Below, in pieces: positions 57,478 to 64,000 of a stretch of 64,000 nucleotides of DNA. The position numbers were made by a program, and so were the translations under genes. This stretch comes from Vulcanimicrobiota bacterium (GTDB lineage Bacteria > Vulcanimicrobiota > Vulcanimicrobiia > Vulcanimicrobiales > Vulcanimicrobiaceae): assembly GCA_963812155.1 (NCBI GenBank), contig CAWETW010000002.1, forward strand, positions 352,001 to 416,000, in the 5' to 3' direction. The stretch's first letter is position 1; every line of letters starts with the position of its first letter. The notes under the pieces were generated by a model, which had not been told where the DNA came from, ran no database searches, and saw only the letters and a list, made by a program, of their open reading frames with translations.

Positions 57478-58349
57478 GAGCCTGCCGCTCCGCGTTCGAA
57501 GTCGTCGAGCTTGTCGTAGGGAACGAGGGCGATGCGGCCATCGCGTACGACGGCTGCGTGTGGACGCGGGATGGCCGCCGGCGGGCACTCTTCGGACGCG
57601 ATATACGTTGCGATGCGAAGCTGCGTCGCGTCGAGGTCGAGCGCGTACACGCGGGCCGCTTCGTCGCCTTGCGCGCCGGCATGCGCGACGCCGGCCAACC
57701 GCCCGAAGACGACAACGTCGCCGCTGGCGATCAGTTCGGCGCCGGGATTGACGTCGCCGACGACGACGATGTGTCCGACGTGATGCAGCGCCTGGCCGCC
57801 GCGCAGGGTGCCGGAGTGGTAGAGCGTCGGGGGCGGCGCCTCGACCAGGTGTAGAACCGGCGTCTCCGGGACGGACGAAGGCTGCGGCTGCTGTTCCGGC
57901 CGGCGGACGCTTGCCTCGCCGCGCCGGCGCCGGTCCGCGATATCGGCGCGGGCTCCCGCGAAATCCGCGACCAGCGAACGGGCGGCCTCCGACAACCCAG
58001 CGTCGGAAAGGTCGGCGTCGCGCGGCGTTCGCAGGGCCCGGCGGCGTTCGAGCTCTCCGACCGGGCCGGCGGTTTCATATCGGAGCCCGGTCGCTTCGGC
58101 GACCGCCTGCACCGCGCCTGAACCGGCGAGCGCGCGCAGTTCGATGCCTGCATCGGAGAGCAGATCGAGCAAACGCGCAAGCTCACCGGCATGCGGAGCG
58201 GAGGCGCCAAAACTCGCGGTCGCCGAGACGCCCCGATAGAAGCCCGGCCGCTCCGCAAGGCGAGCTTGCAATTCGTCGAAGGCCTCGTCGAAATCGCGAC
58301 CTGCAAGCGCAATTTCGAGGCCTTGTTTCCTGCCGCGTAAGAGTGTCAC
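57474..58349 (-). CDS. minC: Septum site-determining protein MinC
   Basis: TLRGGQ, VVVGDVNPGAELIASG, GVAHAGAQG, QLRIA; GTG start 58349. Confidence 0.92.
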   Translation of the reverse strand: MTLLRGRKQGLEIALAGRDFDEAFDELQARLAERPGFYRGVSATASFGASAPHAGELARLLDLLSDAGIELRALAGSGAVQAVAEATGLRYETAGPVGELERRRALRTPRDADLSDAGLSEAARSLVADFAGARADIADRRRRGEASVRRPEQQPQPSSVPETPVLHLVEAPPPTLYHSGTLRGGQALHHVGHIVVVGDVNPGAELIASGDVVVFGRLAGVAHAGAQGDEAARVYALDLDATQLRIATYIASEECPPAAIPRPHAAVVRDGRIALVPYDKLDDFERGAAGS

Positions 58350-58420
58350 GAGTCTGTTACGAATACTCCGACGGTACGATGTTCCGCCCCGTTCATAGCG
58401 GGTGCGCCCCGCACCCGCCT

Positions 58421-58471
58421 TCATCCACAAACGACTCGCAAGTTCTTGCCGTTATCCACATGTCGTGCACA
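58421..58471 (+). promoter_or_regulatory. DnaA-box cluster upstream of minC
   Basis: TTATCCACA (58452-58460, perfect), TCATCCACA (58421-58429), degenerate TCGTGCACA (58463-58471), all co-oriented. Confidence 0.6.
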
Positions 58472-58524
58472 GCGGTCACGCTGCAACATCGGCGGCCGCT
58501 CCGGAGTACCGTGAGGGAAAGACC

Positions 58525-60578
58525 ATGATTCGCAGACTCGCGTCCGCCGTCGTCCTGATTTCAATGGCGATCGCCGCCGTCCCGGCGCCGGTCAAAGCCA
58601 TGTCGACCGCCGCCGAAATTCAACTCGGCCAGCAGGAGGACCAGCAGATCGTCGCCGGGAGCGTCATCGAGACGGATCCGCTCCTCAACGCCTACGTCCA
58701 AGGCATCGCCGAGAATCTTTGGAATCAGGTCGCCCGCAAAGACGTCCCGTATTCGGTGAAGATCATCAAGGACGACAGCATCAACTCGTTCGCGACGATG
58801 GGCGGCTTCGTCTACGTCAACGAGGGGCTGGTCGACTTCGTGCAGTCCGACGACGAACTCGCCAGCGTGGTCGGCCACGAGACCGGCCACATCGAACGCC
58901 GTCACGTCATCACGACGCAATCGAAGGCGGAAATCCTCAACATCCTGTTCGGCATCGCGTCGCTCTTCTCGCCGCTCATCTACAACTTCGGCGGACTTGG
59001 CCGAGGCGGGCTTCATGGCGAAGATCTCGCGCGAAGACGAGCTGCAAGCCGACCGCTACGGCCTTCAGTTGATGTCGCGCGCCGGATACGATCCGGAGTC
59101 GATGGTCACGATGATGGCGCACCTCGCCGTGCTTCAGGACGAGAAGAGCGATCTGGTCACGAAGTATCTCGAGGACCATCCGGATCCGAAGAAGCGCGTG
59201 GCGCATCTGATGGGCTATCCCGAACTGGATCCCAAGGACGTGACGCCGACGCAGCAGCTGGTGCAATCCTCGAGCGACGAGGAACGCGCGCGCTACGAAT
59301 TCGGTTCGATCCGTCTGGCGAACGTCTTGAAGAACGACCCGCAAAATGCCGAGGCGCTGCTGGAGATGGGCCAGTCGGATCTCGCGCTCGGCTTAACGAG
59401 CAAGAGCCGGCAGACGCTCGCCGAAGCCGCGCAGCTCGGATCCGCGCAGACGCGCGCCGCAGCCGATCAGCGCATCGCTTCGCTGCGGCAGATGGAAACG
59501 CAGCGGGTTACGCTGACGCATCCGAACCTTCCCAAACTGCAGAGCGCGGTGCAGGCGGCGCAGGCCTCGCAAATCGAGGCCGCGACGCAAATCGCGGCGC
59601 GGGCGGCAGAAGCCAAGGACCAGTTCAAGGCGATCAACGGCCGCGTGAACTCGCTGCAGTACGAGATTCCCGACTTCAGCCGCATCAACATCCGGCGCGG
59701 CTCGCGCGTCGAAGCGATCGTGAAGAATCTGACTTCGATGTCCCGTTCGATCGACAGCGCGCTGCAGGACGCGCGCGCGCCCATCGGCGGCGTCGGCACG
59801 CTCGAGCGAGACAAGGAGACCGGGCTGCTCAAGGACGGTTCCGAAATCTACGCCGAGATGCTGGCGCCGTTTGCGACGCCGCCGCTGGGAGCCGACGCAT
59901 TCGCGATTCTGCCCTCGTATCCGCTGATGCTCAACGAACTCTCGCTCGCCGACGGCGACATGCTCCGCTCGGTCGACGCCGCGCGAGCGTCGCTGACCCA
60001 AGCTCGATCAGTCGGTCGGCGACCTCGACGAGTTCTTGAAGCAGCTCGATCACGTGCAAGTGAGCTTCAACGGCGACATCAGTGAGAGCGCGTATGCGTC
60101 GCTGCAGCCGGTGATGGAGAAATCGATCGCCGACTTCAACGCCGCAGCATCGTCGGCTTCGCAAGCGTCGCAGCTCTACAACATGGCGCGCACGCGCCAG
60201 TTGTCGGCGCGCATCTCACTGCTCGGCCTCGGCACGTCGCCGCAACGCTATTCGACGCTCCAATACGCGCTGCAGCAGCGCTTCGGAATGCCGGGCGTCG
60301 ACTACCGTACGATGCTGCGCGACGGCTTGACGCCGGGAGACGTGACGCTTGCCACGATCGTTGCGGCCGACGTTAAGAGCACGCCCGAGGCGATTATTGC
60401 GGAAGCCAGGAGTTCGAAGCAGACGATGGTCGACGTCGCCAACGCGCACGGCATGCACGCATGGCCGCTCGAAATCTTTACCGGCTTAGTTTATCTCGAT
60501 TACACCGACGACCCGATGAAGGAACTTCGCCGGGCCGACGGTACCGAAGCCGCCACGCTCCAGGAGTTGGGGCTGTAG
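58525..60578 (+). CDS. M48 family metalloprotease with long helical C-terminus; indels at ~58998 and ~60005
   Basis: Signal peptide, INSFATMGGFVYV, ELASVVGHETGH, SREDELQAD, DHP. Confidence 0.88.
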
Positions 60579-60594
60579 AAAGGACCGTCATCCC

Positions 60595-61581
60595 ATGGCC
60601 TCCGCGTTAGGCGCGCGTGACATCGTCCGGTTGGTCAAGAAGGGCGTCGACGTTCGCGCCGTTCAGGCGCACGTGCGCAAACCGTTTCGCTTTTTGCTCT
60701 GCGGCGATCCCGCGCTGGTTGCCGAAATGCGCGCGCTGCTGCTCTCCGGCCACGACGACGGCAGCGTGCCGCTCGACGCTGCCGCGTGTTTGGAAACGAT
60801 TGCGGCCAATGCGGCCTTCGCGGTAGCGCCGCGCGACGCTACCGCGGCAATTTTCTTGGGACGTCCGGGCGATCGCAGCGGCGCCGATTTTACGGCGCTG
60901 ACGTCGTGCGGCGTTCCGGTCTTGGCGCTCACCGTCGATCCCGACGCGCCGCCGAGCGGGCCGCCGTCGCCGCCGGGACGGGGCGCCGTCGCCGAGTATG
61001 GCGTTACCGCAATCGCGCGCGAAGCGTTGCGCGGACGCGTTTTTCCGCACTTGGTCGAGTGCGCGCGCGGCACGGAGATCGCGGTCGGACGCCGGTTACC
61101 GGTGCTGCGCGAAACCGTCGCCGGCAAACTCTCGCGCGATGCGGCGCGCAACGCGCTGAAGGTATCGCTCGCAAGCGCCGTCGTCGACCATATTCCGGTG
61201 GTCGGCTTGGTGCTCGGCGCCTTCGCGTCGGCCGGCGACATGGTCGCGATCACCGGCATTCAAATGATGCTCTTCCTGCATATCGAGGCGGCCTATGGGA
61301 AGGATCCCGACTTGCAGCGGCTCTGGCAGCTGCTGCCGGTCGTCGGCAGCGGGTTCGGATGGCGCGCGCTCGCGCGCGAGTTGAGCGGCTTCATTCCAGT
61401 CGCCGGCATCGCGATCAAAGGCGCAATTGCCTATGCGGGAACGATCGTCGTCGGCGAGAGCGTCACGTTCTTTCTCGAACACGGCCGCCACATGAGCAGC
61501 GGACAGGCCGCGCATCTCTTCGAGCGCACGAAGGACGACGCGTTACGGTTCGCGCGCGAGCTCATTTCGAAAATTCGCTAG
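60595..61581 (+). CDS. Hypothetical protein with DUF697-like C-terminal domain
   Basis: DMVAITGIQMM, GFGWRALAREL, IPVAGIAIKGAIAYAGT. Confidence 0.65.
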   Translation: MASALGARDIVRLVKKGVDVRAVQAHVRKPFRFLLCGDPALVAEMRALLLSGHDDGSVPLDAAACLETIAANAAFAVAPRDATAAIFLGRPGDRSGADFTALTSCGVPVLALTVDPDAPPSGPPSPPGRGAVAEYGVTAIAREALRGRVFPHLVECARGTEIAVGRRLPVLRETVAGKLSRDAARNALKVSLASAVVDHIPVVGLVLGAFASAGDMVAITGIQMMLFLHIEAAYGKDPDLQRLWQLLPVVGSGFGWRALARELSGFIPVAGIAIKGAIAYAGTIVVGESVTFFLEHGRHMSSGQAAHLFERTKDDALRFARELISKIR

Positions 61582-61591
61582 CCGAGCGCCG

Positions 61592-62326
61592 CTACAAACG
61601 CTCGAGCAGCGGCTCGTCGCCGAGGCGCTGGAGTTCCGGCGGTACGCGCTCGCGGACTCGGCTCGCCAACTGCGCCGCCAATTCGTGACGGCGCTGCGGC
61701 GTGAGCGCGTCGCGCCGATCGAGAAAGCGCCGCACGAGCGCGCGCTCTTCACCTGAGAGGTACCGGGTGGCCCCGTACTCCGGTTCGGCCTGTGCGACGA
61801 GACGCTTCGGCATTGCGAGCTGCGCGTCGCGTACCACGATCGTGCCGGCGGCAATGTCGCCCAGACGTTTATTTTCCGGCGACGCGAGCATGCTGATCGC
61901 CGAAACGGCGTAAAAGCCCAGACCGAGCTCTCCGACGCGTATCAGGTTGCGAACGAGCGCCGCGCCGACATCGACCGGGTATCCGCCGTCGCGCACCGTC
62001 CGGATGCCGAGCGCGCGCTTTCCGGGCGTTTGCCCGTTCCAAAACGTCTCGAAAACGATGAAGTAACCGAAAAAGAGCATGAAAATGACGAAGACGACGA
62101 TCGCGATGGCGATCGCATCGGTGTATCGCTGCAGCTCGGGGGGGATGGCGTGCTTGGTCGTGTCGATGCGGGACGCAGCCAATCCGAGTCCCGCGACCAG
62201 TGCGGCGAAGACGCCGACTTGCAATGCCATGTCGAGGACGAGCGCGAGGAAGCGACTGCCCAAACCGGCCAGCTCGTAACGAAACGCGATGCTCTCGGGA
62301 GTGCGGACGTCCACGTTTCGGTCCAT
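61592..62326 (-). CDS. RDD family protein
   Basis: AGLGSRFLALVLD, GQTPGKRALGIR, KRLGDIAAGT. Confidence 0.92.
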   Translation of the reverse strand: MDRNVDVRTPESIAFRYELAGLGSRFLALVLDMALQVGVFAALVAGLGLAASRIDTTKHAIPPELQRYTDAIAIAIVVFVIFMLFFGYFIVFETFWNGQTPGKRALGIRTVRDGGYPVDVGAALVRNLIRVGELGLGFYAVSAISMLASPENKRLGDIAAGTIVVRDAQLAMPKRLVAQAEPEYGATRYLSGEERALVRRFLDRRDALTPQRRHELAAQLASRVRERVPPELQRLGDEPLLERL

Positions 62327-62401
62327 GCCCGGCGCTTCGCCGATTCAGGTTTCCTTCATGCCTGTGCCGTACGTTCTCGCGAACTCATCCCGGAGGCAAC
62401 C

Positions 62402-63610
62402 ATGCGTCAATCAAGGCTTTCGCGCGCTTTGCGCCGCTTCGCCCCCGCGTTTCTTCTCGCGGTCGTGGCGGCTTCCGGCTGTTCTGCAAACGGCAGCGCC
62501 GGCTCGTCGCTGCCGAGAGGCTTTTCGCCTGCGGGCTTGGCGCATCGCGCAGGCCACGCGTCGACCGGTCTCGGCGCGATCCTCACGACCGCGAACCACG
62601 GCCAAATTTTCGGTTTCGACATCGATCAAAACGGCGGCGACGGCGTGCTCGCGACGGCCGCCAACGTCGAGATGTTCGACCAGGACGACGGACGGATTAC
62701 CCGATCGATTCCCCAGAAGACGCCGCAGGGAACGACCTATGGCATGGACGGGATCTTCGGACACGACGTCGGCTTAGTCACGCGTTACGTCGTGCCCAAA
62801 GGCTCGATCTACGCTCACCGGTATTACAACGTCATCAGTCCGGTAACCAAAGGCAAGTTCGACGCGAAATGGAAGCCGCCGATTCCCGACGTCGACGTGT
62901 TGCAGGGCGGCAACAATCAAAGCACGTCGACGAGCGTGCTGTTTGCCATCGAGCTGAAGAATCAGGACAATCCCGACCTCTTCGTCACGAACATCGCCGC
63001 CGACACGATCAGCAAGGTGATCCATTTAGACCCCAACGCGTTCGGTCTCGCCGACGGTCCTCAACTAGCTCAATACACGAGCGCCAACGAGGCCGTCATT
63101 GCATATTCTCCCGACGGCGGTGCCGTGGGCGGCCGCCCGCCGATCAACGGAATCTTCAATCTTTCGACGGGTCAGGAGACGAAGCTCATCGGCTACAATC
63201 TCGGACCGTACCACGCCGGCTACGTCAACGGCTTGGCGGTCGATCCCAACACCGGCATCGCTGCCACCACGACCGAGCTCAACGCCCAAGTCGAATTCTA
63301 CGACTTGAATAAGAAAGAGGGCATCACCGCGGTGCAGTTGCCCTGCACCGGCAATACCGACCAAACGTTGAGCGGATCGGGAATCGCAGTCGATCCCATC
63401 AATAAGCTCTTCCTGGTTTCGGAGCAGTACTATTGCCAGCAGAACCAGGGGAGCGCGATCGTCGTCTACGACGAGCAGGGAAACTTGGTCGAGACGATTA
63501 CCGGCTTTACGTTCTCAATCGGGGAGCCGGCCGCCGTCCTTAATCCGAGCAAGCGGATGGGGTGGACGTTCGGCCCCCACTTCGATCAGCTGCAACAGTT
63601 CTTCTACTAG
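62402..63610 (+). CDS. Hypothetical lipoprotein, probable beta-propeller
   Basis: RBS GGAGG + ATG 62402, lipobox ASGC, repeated GLAVDP/GIAVDP. Confidence 0.75.
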   Translation: MRQSRLSRALRRFAPAFLLAVVAASGCSANGSAGSSLPRGFSPAGLAHRAGHASTGLGAILTTANHGQIFGFDIDQNGGDGVLATAANVEMFDQDDGRITRSIPQKTPQGTTYGMDGIFGHDVGLVTRYVVPKGSIYAHRYYNVISPVTKGKFDAKWKPPIPDVDVLQGGNNQSTSTSVLFAIELKNQDNPDLFVTNIAADTISKVIHLDPNAFGLADGPQLAQYTSANEAVIAYSPDGGAVGGRPPINGIFNLSTGQETKLIGYNLGPYHAGYVNGLAVDPNTGIAATTTELNAQVEFYDLNKKEGITAVQLPCTGNTDQTLSGSGIAVDPINKLFLVSEQYYCQQNQGSAIVVYDEQGNLVETITGFTFSIGEPAAVLNPSKRMGWTFGPHFDQLQQFFY

Positions 63611-63710
63611 GAAGGCCTCGTTTATCCCAACTCGTCGTCAGCTCAGGCCTCATTTACCGCAGTAAACCTCGACCCTCGCTTCCTGGATTTGGAATAAATT
63701 CACTCTTCCT
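63609..63710. repeat. ~101-bp palindromic ERIC/RPE-like element, copy B
   Basis: AGGAAG...CTTCCT termini, TTTATCCCAA/TTGGAATAAA stem, central TTTAC-CGCA-GTAAA; ungapped alignment to copy A. Confidence 0.8.
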
Positions 63711-63712
63711 GA

Positions 63713-63973
63713 TTACGTAGCTTGCGGTTGCGGCTGACTTCCGCTTCCGTTCGTGGTCGTCGAGCTCGAACTGTTTTGCGTGCTCGAACCGTTCGCAGCG
63801 TTGCCGTTGGCCGGCTGGGTCACGGTGGTCGTATTCGTCGTTGACGTCGTGCTCCAAGGATGCCAATAGAGCAGTGCGCCGACGACGACGATCACCGCGA
63901 TGACCAAAATAGCGATTGCGGTCGTGCTTGGTCCCGATCCGTCGCTTACGACGATGTTCCGATCGTCATGCAT
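63713..63973 (-). CDS. Small single-TM protein with Ser/Thr-rich tail
   Basis: SD GAGGAGG, hydrophobic segment, YWHPW, low-complexity tail. Confidence 0.7.
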   Translation of the reverse strand: MHDDRNIVVSDGSGPSTTAIAILVIAVIVVVGALLYWHPWSTTSTTNTTTVTQPANGNAANGSSTQNSSSSTTTNGSGSQPQPQAT

Positions 63974-64000
63974 GCCGTTACCCTCCTCAAGTGGTTCGCC

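Noticed and set aside
58350..58524. oriC at the DnaA boxes
   Set aside because: Only 2-3 boxes, no AT-rich unwinding element, no dnaA/dnaN nearby
62030..62401. N-terminal extension of the 526-aa ORF
   Set aside because: Antisense to the RDD gene; SD and lipoprotein signal point to ATG 62402
1..64000. tRNA, rRNA, transposase, integrase, prophage or defence genes
   Set aside because: None recognised; intergenic gaps are short and largely explained

Overview
GC-rich bacterial chromosomal segment made up mostly of core genes. The mix of diderm envelope genes (LptD-like, Lnt, LptC-like), Terrabacteria-like gene order and many unassigned secreted/lipoproteins suggests Candidatus Eremiobacterota (Vulcanimicrobiota); this is an inference. 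Contents in order: LptD-like/lnt/LptC-like; two KGG stress proteins; A2M-like-polA-DUF192-mutM-rpsA-coaE; pntAA/AB/B; orphan RND pump; Lrp-kdd-kamA-SRPBCC lysine-catabolism module; SUI1-P450; CGNR regulator; prolyl oligopeptidase; a lipoyl-E2-E1 2-oxoglutarate dehydrogenase fusion; a three-gene sulfur module (Tat/DsrE-like protein, TsdA-type diheme cytochrome, YeiH exporter); rmuC; ftsEX-M23-two S41 proteases; RNase E/G; minC-minD-minD-minE-rodA with upstream DnaA boxes. A ~101-bp palindromic repeat with compensatory stem changes occurs as two full copies and one half copy. No rRNA, tRNA, CRISPR, transposase or prophage was seen. Many genes, including essential ones, carry single-base indels clustered in a few zones; these are most likely sequencing/assembly errors, so coordinates of those genes are reconstructed by eye. 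All family assignments come from motif recognition, not database searches.
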